The notes beneath the pieces were generated by a model. That model searched no databases. It was not told the DNA's origin and was given only the letters and a program-made list of their open reading frames with translations. From Eledone cirrhosa (taxonomy: Eukaryota), in NCBI GenBank assembly GCA_964016885.1, contig OZ024740.1:318618001-318682000 (forward strand): a DNA stretch of 64,000 nt, written 5' to 3'. Below, piece by piece: positions 41,301-55,600 of this stretch. Every line of letters begins with the position of its first letter. Position 1 is the stretch's first letter. The position numbers and the translations under genes were made by a program.

Positions 41301-44300
41301 TTCTACTACAATACTCACAACAAATAATCCAGCATTGACTCGTCTATTTCCACAACTTACATTCTATCTGACATTCTAACGACTCTACCTATTCGAAGTC
41401 TTTCTACTACAATACTCACAACAAATATTCCAGGATTGTCTCGTCTATTTCCACAACTTACATTCTATCTCACATTCTAACGACTCTACCAATTCGCTGT
41501 ATTTCTACTACAATACTAACTTCAATTAGTCCAGGATTGTCTCGTCTATTTCCACAACTTACATTCTATCTGACATTCTAAAGACTCTACGAATTCGCTG
41601 TCTTTCTACTACAATGCTCACAACAAATAATCCACGACTGTCTCGTCTATTTCCACAACTTATATTCTATCTGACATTCTAACGACTCTACCAATTCGAA
41701 ATCTTTCTACTACAATACTCACAACAAACAATCCAGGATTGTCTCGTCTATTTCTACAACTTACATTCTATGTGACATTCAAACGACTCTATCAATTTAA
41801 GTCTTTCTACAACAATACTAACGTAAAATAATCCAGGATCGTCTCGTCTATTTCCACAACTTACATTCTATCTGACATTCTAACGACTCTACCAATTGGA
41901 AGTCTTTCTACTACAATACTAACAACAAATAATCTGGGATTGTCTCGTCTATTTCCACAACATACATTCTATCTGACATTCTAACGACTCTACCAAGTCG
42001 AAGTTTTTCTACTACAATACTCCCAACAAATAATCCAGGATCGTCTCGTCTATTTCCACAACTTACATTCTATCTGACATTCTAACGACTCTACACATTC
42101 GCTGTATTTCTACTACAATACTAACTTCAAATAATCCAGGATTGTCTCCTCTATTTCCACAACTTACATTCTATGTCACATTCTAACGAGTCTACCAATT
42201 CGCTGTGTTTCTACTACAATACTCACAACAAATAAACCAGGATTGTCTCGTCTATTTCCACAACTTACATTATATCTGACATACTAACGACTCTACGAAT
42301 TCGAAGTCTTTCTACTACAATACTAACTTTAAACTATCCAGGATTGTCTCCTCTATTTCCACAACTTACATTCTATCTGACATTCTAACGACTCTACCAA
42401 TTCGCTGTATTTCTACTACAATACTAACTTCAAATAATCCAGGATTGTATCGGCTATTTCCACAACTTACATTCTATCTGACATTCTAACGACTCTACCA
42501 ATTCGCTGTCTTTCTACTACAATACTAACAACATATAATCTAGGATTGTCTCGTCTATTTCCACAACTTACAATCTATCTGATATTCGAACGACTCTACC
42601 AATTCGAAGTCTTTCTGCTACAATACTAACAACAAATAATCTAGGATTGTCTCGTCTATTTCCACAACTTACATTCTATCTGACATTCTAACGACTCTAA
42701 CAATTCGAAGTCTTTCTAATACAATACTAACGTCAAATAATCCAGGATCGTCTCATCTATTTCCACAACTTACATTCTATCTGACATTCTAACGACTCTA
42801 CCAATTCGATGTGTTTCTACTACAATACTCACGTCAAATAATCCAGGATTGTCTCGTCTATCTCCAGACCTTACATTCTATCTGACATTCTAACGACTCT
42901 ACCAGTTCGCTGTATTTCTACTACAATACTCACAACAAATAATCCAGGATTGTCTCGTCTATTTCCACAACTTACATTCTATCTCACATTCTAACGTGTC
43001 TACCAATTCGAAGTCTTTCTACTACAATACTAACTTTAAACAATCCAGGATTGTCTCCTCTATTTCCACAACTTACATTCTATCTGACATTGAAACGACT
43101 CTACCAATTCGATGTCTTTGTACTACAATACTCACAACAAACAATCCAGGATTGTCTCGTCTATTTCTACAACTTACATTCTATTTGACATTCAAACGAC
43201 TCTATCAATTCGAAGTCTTTCTACAACAATACTAACGTAAAATAATCCAGGATTGTCTCGACCATTTCCACAACTTACATTCTATCTGACATTCTAACGA
43301 CTCTACCAATTCGAAGTCTTTCTACTACAATACTAACTTTAAATAATCCAGGATTGTATCGTCTTTTTCCACAACTTACATTCTATCTGACATTCTAACG
43401 ACTCTACCAATTCGCTGTATTTCTACTACAATACTAACTTCAATTAGTCCAGGATTGTCTCATCTATTTCCACAACTTACATTCTATCTGATATTCGAAC
43501 GACTCTACCAATTCGAAGTCTTTCTACTACAATACTCACAACAAACAATCCAGGATTGTCTCGTCTATTTCTACAACTTACATTCTATGTGACATTAAAA
43601 CGACTCTATCAATTCGAAGTCTTTCTACTACAATACTAACGTTAAATACTCCAGGATTGTCTCGTCTATTTCCACAACTTACGTTCTATCTGACATTCTA
43701 ACGACTCTACCAATTCGAATTCTTTATATTACAATACTCACAACAAATAATCCACGACTGTCTCGTCTATTTCCACAACTTACATTCTATCTGACATTCT
43801 AACGACTCTACCAATTCGATGTGTTTCTACTACAATACTCACGACAAATAATCCAGGATTGTCTCGTCTATTTCCACAACTTACATTCTATCTGACATTC
43901 TAACGACTCTACCCATTCGCTGTATTTCTACTACAATACTAACTTCAATTAGTCCAGGATTGTCTCATCTATTTCCACAACTTACATTCTATCTGATATT
44001 CGAACGACTCTACCAATTCGAAATCTTTCTACTACAATACTCACAACAAACAATCCAGGATTGTCTCGTCTATTTCTACAACTTACATTCTATGTGACAT
44101 TCAAACGACTCTATCAACTTGAAGTCTTTCTACAACAATACTAACGTAAAATAATCCAGGATCGTCTCGTCTATTTCCACAACTTACATTCTATCTGACA
44201 TTCTAACGACTCTACCAATTCGAAGTCTTTCTACTACAATACTAACAACAAATAATCAAGGATTGTATCGTCTATTTCCACAACTTACATTCTATCTGAC

Positions 44301-45160
44301 ATTCTAACGACTCTACCAATTCGATGTGTTTCTACTACAATACTCACGTCAAATAATCCAGGATTGTCTCGTCTATCTCCAGATCTTACATTCTATCTGA
44401 CATTCTAACGACTCTACCCATTCGCTGTATTTCTACTACAATACTAACGTCAAATAATCCAGGATTGTCTCCTCTATTTCCACAACTTACATTCTATGTC
44501 ACATTCTAACGAGTCTACCAATTCGCTGTGTTTCTACTACAATACTCACAACAAATAAACCAGGATTGTCTCGTCTATTTCCACAACTTACATTATATCT
44601 GACATAATAACGACTCTACGAATTCGAAGTCTTTCTACTACAATACTAACTTTAAACTATCCAGGATTGTCTCCTCTATTTCCACAACTTACATTCTATC
44701 TGACATTCTAACGACTCTACCAATTCGCTGTATTTCTACTACAATACTAACTTCAAATAATCCAGGATTGTATCGGCTATTTCCACAACTCACAATCTAT
44801 CTGATATTCGAACGACTCTACCAATTCGAAGTCTTTCTGCTACAATACTAACAACAAATAATCTAGGATTGTCTCGTCTATTTCCACAACTTACATTCTA
44901 TCTGACATTCTAACGACTCTACCAATTCGATGTGTTTCTACTACAATACTCACGTCAAATAATCCAGGATTGTCTCGTCTATCTCCAGATCTTACATTCT
45001 ATCTGACATTCTAACGACTCTACCAGTTCGCTGTATTTCTACTACAATACTCACAACAAATAATCCAGGATTGTCTCGTCTATTTCCACAACTTACATTC
45101 TATCTCACATTCTAACGTGTCTACCAATTCGAAGTCTTTCTACTACAATACTAACTTTAA
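35305..45160. repeat. Duplication at offset 5048-5049 bp (50 monomers): block from ~35305 repeated from ~40354, with one extra monomer at ~43913-44013
   Basis: Markers TACCTA at 36236/41285, CCAATTGG at 36844/41892 and ORFs at 37948/42996. A 1-bp deletion near 41799 shifts the offset from 5049 to 5048. After the extra monomer the offset is 5149 (CAGATCT at 39231/44380). Confidence 0.88.
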
Positions 45161-48100
45161 ACAATCCAGGATTGTCTCCTATATTTCCACAACTTACATT
45201 CTATCTGACATTCTAACGACTCTACCAATTCGAAGTCTTTCTACTACAATACTAACTTCAAATAATCCAGGATTGTATCGGCTATTTCCACAACTTACAT
45301 TCTATCTGGCATTCTAATGACTCTACCAATTCGCTGTCTTTCTACTACAATACTCACAACAAATAATCCATATTGTCTCGTCTATTTCCACAACTTACAT
45401 TCTATCTGACATTCAAACGACTCTATCAATTCGAAGTCTTTCTACTACAATACTAACTTCAAATAATCCAGGATTGTCTCGTCTATTTCCACAACTTACT
45501 TTCTATCTGACATTCTACCGACTCTACCAATTCGAAGTCTTTCTACTACAATACTCACAACAAATATTCCAGGATTGTCTCGTCTATTTCCACAACTTAC
45601 ATTCTATCTGACATTCTAACGACTCTACCAATTCGAAGTCTTTCTACTACAATACTAACTTTAAATAATCCAGGATTGTCTCCTCTATTTCCACAACTTA
45701 CATATTATCTGAAATTCTAACGACTCTACCAATTCGATGTCTTTCTACTACAATACTCACAACAAATAATCCAGGATTGTCTCGTCTATTTCTACAACTT
45801 ACATTCTATCTGACATTCTAACGACTCTATCAATTCGAAGTCTTTCTACTACAATACTAACTTCAAATAATCCAGGATTGTCTCGTCTATTTCCACAACT
45901 TACTTTCTATCTGACATTCTACCGACTCTACCAATTCGAAGTCTTTCTACTACAATACTCACAACAAATATTCCAGGATTGTCTCGTCTATTTCCACAAC
46001 TTACATTCTATCTGACATTCTAACGACTCTACCAATTCGCTGTATTTCTACTACAATACTAACTTCAATTAGTCCAGGATTGTCTCATCTATTTCCACAA
46101 CTTACATTCTATCTGATATTCGAACGACTCTACCAATTCGAAGTCTTTCTACTACAATACTCACAACAAACAATCCAGGATTGTCTCGTCTATTTCTACA
46201 ACTTACATTCTATGTGACATTAAAACGACTCTATCAATTCGAAGTCTTTCTACTACAATACTAACGTTAAATACTCCAGGATTGTCTCGTCTATTTCCAC
46301 AACTTACGTTCTATCTGACATTCTAACGACTCTACCAATTCGAATTCTTTATATTACAATACTCACAACAAATAATCCACGACTGTCTCGTCTATTTCCA
46401 CAACTTACATTCTATCTGACATTCTAACGACTCTACCAATTCGATGTGTTTCTACTACAATACTCACGACAAATAATCCAGGATTGTCTCGTCTATTTCC
46501 ACAACTTACATTCTATCTGACATTCTAACGACTCTACCAATTCGAAATCTTTCTACTACAATACTCACAACAAACAATCCAGGATTGTCTCGTCTATTTC
46601 TACAACTTACATTCTATGTGACATTCAAACGACTCTATCAACTTGAAGTCTTTCTACAACAATACTAACGTAAAATAATCCAGGATCGTCTCGTCTATTT
46701 CCACAACTTACATTCTATCTGACATTCTAACGACTCTACCAATTCGAAGTCTTTCTACTACAATACTAACAACAAATAATCTGGGATTGTCTCGTCTATT
46801 TCCACAACATACATTCTATCTGACATTCTAACGACTCTACCAATTCGAAGTTTTTCTACTACAATACTCCCAACAAATAATCCAGGATTGTCTCCTCTAT
46901 TTCCACAACTTACATTCTATGTCACATTCTAACGAGTCTACCAATTCGCTGTGTTTCTACTACAATACTCACAACAAATAAACCAGGATTGTCTCGTCTA
47001 TAACCACAACTTACATTATATCTGACATAATAACGACTCTACGAATTCGAAGTCTTTCTACTACAATACTAACTTTAAACTATCCAGGATTGTCTCCTCT
47101 ATTTCCACAACTTACATTCTATCTGACATTCTAACGACTCTACCAATTCGCTGTATTTCTACTACAATACTAACTTCAAATAATCCAGGATTGTATCGGC
47201 TATTTCCACAACTCACAATCTATCTGATATTCGAACGACTCTACCAATTCGAAGTCTTTCTGCTACAATACTAACAACAAATAATCTAGGATTGTCTCGT
47301 CTATTTCCACAACTTACATTCTATCTGACATTCTAACGACTCTACCAATTCGATGTGTTTCTACTACAATACTCACGTCAAATAATCCAGGATTGTCTCG
47401 TCTATCTCCAGATCTTACATTCTATCTGACATTCTAACGACTCTACCAGTTCGCTGTATTTCTACTACAATACTCACAACAAATAATCCAGGATTGTCTC
47501 GTCTATTTCCACAACTTACATTCTATCTCACATTCTAACGTGTCTACCAATTCGAAGTCTTTCTACTACAATACTAACTTTAAACAATCCAGGATTGTCT
47601 CCTATATTTCCACAACTTACATTCTATCTGACATTCTAACGACTCTACCAATTCGAAGTCTTTCTACTACAATACTAACTTCAAATAATCCAGGATTGTA
47701 TCGGCTATTTCCACAACTTACATCCTATCTGACATTCTAACGATTCTACCAATTCGCTGTCTTTCTACTACAATAATAACAACAAATAATCTAGGATTGT
47801 CTCGTCTATTTCCACAACTTACGTTCTATCTGATATTCGAACGACTCTACCAATTCGAAGTCTTTCTACTACAATACTAACAACAAATAATCTAGGATTG
47901 TCTCGTCTATTTCCACAACTTACATTTTATCTGACATTCTAACGACTCTAACAATTCGAAGTCTTTCTACTACAATACTCACAACAAATAATCCAGGATT
48001 GTCTCATCTATTTCCACAACTTACATTCTATCTGACATTCTAACGACTCTACCAATTCGATGTGTTTCTACTACAATACTCACAACAAATAATCCAGGAT

Positions 48101-49636
48101 TGTCTCGTCTATTTCTACAACTTACTTTCTATCTGACATTCTAACGACTCTACCAATTCGATGTCTTTCTACTACAATACTCACAACAAATAATCCAGCA
48201 TTGTCTCGTCTATTTCCACAACTGACATTCTATCTGACATTCTAACGACTCTATCAATTCGAAGTCTTTCTACAACAATACTAACGTCAAACAATCCAGG
48301 ATCGTCTCGTCTATTTCCACAACTTACATTCTATCTGACATTCTAACGACTCTACCAATTCGTAGTCTTTCTACTACAATACTAACAACAAATAATCTAG
48401 GATTGTCTCATCTATCTCCACAACTTACATTTTCTCTGACATTCTAACGACTCTACCAATTCGAAGTCTTTCTACTACAATACTAACGTCAAATAATCCA
48501 GGATCGTCTCGTCTATTTCCACAACTTACATTCTATCTGACATTCTAACGACTCTACCAATTCGAAGTCTTTCTACTACAATACTAACAACAAATAATCT
48601 AGGATTGTCTCATCTATCTCCACAACTTACATTCTATCTGACATTCTAACGACTCTACCAATTCGCTGTATTTCTACTACAATACTCACAACAAATAAAC
48701 CAGGATTGTCTCGTCTATTTCCACAACTTACATTCTATCTGACATACTAACGACTCTACAAATTCGAAGTCTTTCTACTACAATACTAACTTCAAATAAT
48801 CCAGGATTGTCTCCTCTATTTCCACAACTTACATTCTATCTCACATTCTAACGAGTCTACCAATTCGCTGTATTTCTACTACAATACTCACAACAAATAA
48901 ACCAGGATTGTCTCGTCTATTTCCACAACTTACATTCTATCTGACATACTAACGACTCTACAAATTCGAAGTCTTTCTACTACAATACTAACTTTAAACA
49001 ATCCAGGATTGTCTCCTCTATTTCCACAACTTACATTCTATCTGACATTCTAACGACTCTACCAATTCGCTGTATTTCTACTACAATACTAACTTCAAAT
49101 AATCTAGGATTGTCTCGTCTATTTCCACAACTTACATTCTATCTGATATTCGAAGGACTCTACCAATTCGAAGTCTTTCTACTACAATACTAACAACAAA
49201 TAATCTAGGATTGTCTCGTCTATTTCCACAACTTACATTCTATCTGACATTCTAACGACTCTAACAATTTGAAGTCTTTCTACTACAATACTCACAGCAA
49301 ATAATCCAGGATTGTCTCATCTATTTCCACAACTTACATTGTATCTGACATTCTAACGACTCTACCAATTCGATGTGTATCTACTACAATACTCACAACA
49401 AATAATCCAGGATTGTCTCGTCTATTTCCACAACTTACATTCTATCTGACATTCAAACGACTCTACCAATTCGAAGTCTTTCTACTACAATACTAACGTC
49501 AAATAATCCAGGATTGTCTCCTCTATTTCCACAACTTACATTCCATCTGACATTCTAACGACTCTACCAATTCGATGTCTTTCTACTACAATACTCACAA
49601 CAAATAATCCAGGATTGTATCGTCTATTTCTACAAC

Positions 49637-52600
49637 TTACATTCTATCTGACATTCTAACGACTTTACCAATTCGAAGTCTTTCTGCTACAATACTCACA
49701 ACAAATAATCCAGGATCGTCTCGTCTATTTCCACAACTCACATTCTATCTGACATTCTAACGACTCTATCAATTCGAAGTCTTTCTACTACAATACTAAC
49801 GTCAAATAATCCAGGATTGTTTCGTCTATTTCCACAACTTACATTATATCTCACATTCTAACGTCTCTACCAATTCGCTGAATTTCTACTACAATACTCT
49901 CAACAAATTAACCAGGATTGTCTCGCCTATTTCCACAACTTACATTCTATCTGACATACTAACGACTCTACCAATTCGAAGTCTTTCTACTACAATACTA
50001 ACTTTAAACAATCCAGCATTGTCTCCTCTATTTCCACAACTTACATTCCATCTGACATTCGAACGACTCTACCAATTCGAAGTCTTTCTACTACAATACT
50101 CACAACAAATAATCCAGGATTGTATCGTCTATTTCTACAACTTACATTCTATCTGACATTCTAACGACTCTACCAATTCGAAGTCTTTCTGCTACAATAC
50201 TCACAACAAATAATCCAGGATTGCCTCGTTTATTTCCACGCGTTACATTCTCTCTGACATTCTAACGACTCTACCAATTCGATGTGTTTCTACTACAATA
50301 CTCACAACAAATAATCCAGGATTGTCTCGTCTATCTCCAGACCTTACATTCTATCTGACATTCTAACGACTCTACCAGTTCGCTGTATTTCTACTACAAT
50401 ACTAACTTCAAATAATCCAGGATTGTCTCGTCTATTCGCACAACTTACATTCTATCTGACATTCTAACGACTCTACCAATTCGATGTGTTTCTACTACAA
50501 TACTCACAACAAATAATCCAGGATTGTCTCGTCTATCTCCAGACCTTACATTCTATCTGACATTCTAACGACTCTACCAGTTCGCTGTATTTCTACTACA
50601 ATACTAACTTCAAATAATCCAGGATTGTCTCGTCTATTTCCACAACTTACATTCTATCTGACATTCAAACGACTCTACCAATTCGAAGTCTTTCTACTAC
50701 AATACTAACGTCAAATAATCCAGGATTGTCTCCTCTATTTCCACAACTTACATTCCATCTGACATTCTAACGACTCTACCAATTCGATGTCTTTCTACTA
50801 CAATACTCACAACAAATAATCCAGCATTGTCTCGTCTATTTCCACAACTCACATTCTATCTGACATTCTAACGACTCTACCAATTCGAAGTCTTTCTACT
50901 ACAATACTAACGTCAAACAATCCAGGATCGTCTCGTCTATTTCCACAACTTACATTCTATCTGACATTCTAACGTCTCTACCAATTCGTAGTCTTTCTAC
51001 TACAATACTAACAACAAATAATCTAGGATTGTCTCATCTATCTCAACAACTTACATTTTCTCTGACATTCTAACGACTCTACCAATTCGAAGTCTTTCTA
51101 CTACAATACTAACTTTAAACTATCCAGGATTGTCTCCTCTATTTCCACAACTTACATTCTATCTGACATTCTAACGACTCTACCAATTCGCTGTATTTCT
51201 ACTACAATACTAACTTCAAATAATCCAGGATTGTCTCGTCTATTTCCACAACATACATTCTATCTGATATTCGAACGACTCTACCAATTCGAAGTCTTTC
51301 TACTACAATACTAACAACAAATAATCTAGGATTGTCTCGTCTATTTCCACAACTTACATTCTATCTGACATTCTAACGACTCTAACAATTTGAAGTCTTT
51401 CTACTACAATACTCACAGCAAATAATCCAGGATTGTCTCATCTATTTCCACAACTTACATTGTATCTGACATTCTAACGACTCTACCAATTCGATGTGTT
51501 TCTACTACAATACTCACAACAAATAATCCAGGATTATCTCGTCTATCTCCAGACCTTACATTCTATCTGACATTCTAACGACTCTACCAGTTCGCTGTAT
51601 TTCTACTACAATACTAACTTCAAATAATCCAGGATTGTCTCGTCTATTTCCACAACTTACATTCTATCCGACATTCAAACGACTCTACCAATTCGAAGTC
51701 TTTCTACTACAATACTAACGTCAAATAATCCAGGATTGTCTCCTCTATTTCCACAACTTACATTCCATCTGACATTCTAACGACTCTACCAATTCGATGT
51801 CTTTCTACTACAATACTCACAACAAATAATCCAGGATTGTATCGTCTATTTCTACAACTTACATTCTATCTGACATACTAACGACTTTACCAATTCGAAG
51901 TCTCTCTGCTACAATACTCACAACAAATAATTCAGGATTGTCTCTTCTATTTCCACAACTCACATTCTATCTGACATTCTAACGACTCTATCAATTCGAA
52001 GTCTTTCTACTACAATACTAACGTCAAATAATCCAGGATTGTCTCGTCTATTTCCACAACTTACATTCTATCTCACATTCTAACGTGTCTACCAATTCGC
52101 TGAATTTCTACTACAATACTCTCAACAAATTAACCAGGATTGTCTCGCCTATTTCCACAACTTACGTTCTATCTGACATACTAACGACTCTACCAATTCG
52201 AAGTCTTTCTACTACAATACTAACTTTAAACAATCCAGGATTGTCTCCTCTATTTCCACAACTTACATTCTATCTGACATTCTAACGAATCTACCAATTC
52301 GAAGTCTTTCTACTACAATACTAACGTCAAATAATCCAGGATTGTCTCCTCTATTTCCACAACTTACATTCCATCTGACATTCTAACGACTCTACCAATT
52401 CGATGTGTTTCTACTACAATACTCACAACTAAATAATCCAGGATTGTCTCGTCTATCTCCAGACCTTACATTCTATCTGACATTCTAACGACTCTACCAG
52501 TTCGCTGTATTTCTACTACAATACTAACTTCAAATAATCCAGGATTGTCTCGTCTATTTCCACAACTTACATTCTATCTGACGTTCTAACGACTCTACCC

Positions 52601-55600
52601 ATTCGCTGAATTTCTACTACAATACTCTCAACAAATTAACCAGGATTGTCTCGTCTATTTCCACAACTTACATACTATCTGACATACTAACGACTCTACC
52701 AATTTGAAGTCTTCTACTACAATACTAACAACAAATAATCTGGGATTGTCTCGTCTATTTCCACAACTTACATTCTATCTGACATTCTAACGACTCTACC
52801 AATTCGAAATCTTTCTACTACAATACTCACAACAAACAATCCAGGATTGTCTCGTCTATTTCTATAACTTACATTCCATGTGACATTCAAACGACTCTAT
52901 CAATTCGAAGTCTTTCTACAACAATACTAACGTAAAATAATCCAGGATTGTCTCGTCCATTTCCACAACTTACATTCTATCTGACATTCTAACGACTCTA
53001 CCAATTCGAAGTCTTTCTACTACAATACTAACTTTAAATAATCCAGGATTGTCTCGTCTATCTCCAGACCTTACATTCTATCTGACATTCTAACGACTCT
53101 ACCCATTCGCTGTATTTCTACTACAATACTAACTTCAAATAATCCAGGATTGTCTCGTCTACTTCCACAACTTACATTCTATCTGATATTCTAACGACAC
53201 TACCAATTCGAAGTCTTTCTACTACAATACTCACAACAAATAATCCAGGATTGTCTCGTCTATTTCCACAACTTACATTCTATCTGGCATTCTAATGACT
53301 CTATCAATTCGCTGTCTTTCTACTACAATACTCACAACAAATAATCCATATTGTCTCGTCTATTTCCACAACTTACATTCTATCTGACATTCAAACGACT
53401 CTATCAATTCGAAGTCTTTCTACTACAATACTAACGTCAAATAATCCAGGATTGTCTCGTCTATTTCCACAACTTACTTTCTATCTGACATTCTAACGAC
53501 TCTACCAATTCGAAGTCTTTCTACTACAATACTCACAACAAATATTCCAGGATTGTCTCGTCTATTTCCACAACATACATTCTATCTGACATTCTAACGA
53601 CTCTACCAATTCGAAGTCTTTCTACTACAATACTAACTTTAAATAATCCTGGATTGTCTCCTCTATTTCTACAACTTACATATTATCTGAAATTCTAACG
53701 ACTCTACAATTCGATGTCTTTCTACTTCAATACTCACAACAAATAATCCAGGATTGTATAGTCTATTTCTACAACTTACATTCTATCTGACATTCTAACG
53801 ACTCTACCAATTCGAAGTCTTTCTGCTACAATACTCACAACAAATTATCCAGGATTGTCTCGTCTATTTCCACACCTTACATTCTATCTGACATTCTAAC
53901 GACTCTACCTATTCGCTGTATTTCTACTACAATACTCACAACAAATAATCCAGCATTGTCTCGTCTATTTCCACAACTCACATTCTATCTGACATTCTAA
54001 AGACTCTATCAATTCGAAGTTTTTCTACTACAATACTAACAACAAATAATCTAGGATTGTCTCATCTATCTCCACAACTTACATTTTCTCTGACATTCTA
54101 ACGACTCTACCAATTCGAAGTCTTTCTACTACAATACTCACAACAAATAATCCAGGATTGTCTCGTCTATTTCCACAACTTACATTCTATCTGACATTCT
54201 AACGACTCTACCAATTTGAAGTCTTTCTACTACAATACTAACAACAAATAATCTGGCATTGTCTCGTCTATTTCCACAACTTACATTCTATCTGACATTC
54301 TAACGACTCTACCAATTCGAAGTTTTTCTACTACAATACTCCCAACAAATAATCAAGGATTGTATCGTCTATTTCCACAACTTACATTCTATCTGACGTT
54401 CAAACGACTCTACCAATTCGAAGTCTTTCTACTACAATACTAACGTCAAATAATCCCGGATTGTCTCCTCTATTTCCACAACTTACATTCCATCTGACAT
54501 TCTAACGACTCTACCAATTCGATGTCTTTCTACTACAATACTCACAACAAATAATCCAGGATTGTATCGTCTATTTCTACAACTTACATTCTATCTGACA
54601 TTCTAACGACTCTACCAATTCGAAGTCTTTCTGCTACAATACTCACAACAAATAATCCAGGATTGTCTCGTCTATTTCCACACCTCACATTCTATCTGAC
54701 ATTCTAACGACTCTATCAATTCGAAGTCTTTCTACTACAATACTAACGTCAAATAATCCAGGATCGTATCGTCTATTTCCACAACTTACATTCTATTTGA
54801 CATTCTAACGACTCTACCAATTCGCTGTATTTCTACTACAATACTAACTTCAAATAATCCAGGATTGTCTCGTCTATTTCCACAACTTACATTCTATCTG
54901 ATATTCTAACGACTCTACCAATTCGAAGTCTTTCTACTACAATACTCACAACAAATAATCCAGGATTGTCTCGTCTATTTCAACAACTTACATTCTATCT
55001 CACATTCTAACGTGTCTACCAATTCGCTGAATTTCTACTACAATACTCTCAACAAATTAACCAGGATTGTCTCGTCTATTTCCACAACTTACATTCTATC
55101 TGACATACTAACGACTCTACCAATTCGAAGTCTTTCTACTACAATACTAACTTTAAACAATCCAGGATTGTCTCCTCTATTTCCACAACTTACATTCTAT
55201 CTGACATTCTAACGACTCTACCAATTCGCTGTATTTCTACTACAATACTAACTTCAAATAATCCAGGATTGTATCGGCTATTTCCACAACTTACATCCTA
55301 TCTGACATTCTAACGACTCTATCAATTCGAAGTCTTTCTACTACAATACTAACGTCAAACAATCCAGAATCGTCTCGTCTATTTCCACAACTTACATTCT
55401 ATCTGACATTCTAACGACTCTACCAATTCGAAGTTTTTCTACTACAATACTAACAACAAATAATCTAGGATTGTCTCATCTATCTCCACAACTTACATTT
55501 TCTCTGACATTCTAACGACTCTACCAATTCGAAGTCTTTCTACTACAATACTCACAACAAATAGTCCAGGATTGTCTCGTCTATTTCCACAACTTACATT

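Noticed and set aside
45117-45317. Leucine-rich-repeat-like peptide (ILSDILTTLPIRSL)
   Set aside because: The resemblance is superficial and comes from C/T-rich codons. There is no in-frame LxxLxLxxN periodicity, and the repeat unit does not preserve frame.
49881-49890. AATTTCTACT, matching the 5' part of the Cas12a crRNA repeat handle
   Set aside because: The complementary GTAGA(T) arm needed for the Cas12a stem-loop is absent downstream. This is a chance 10-bp match created by one satellite variant.
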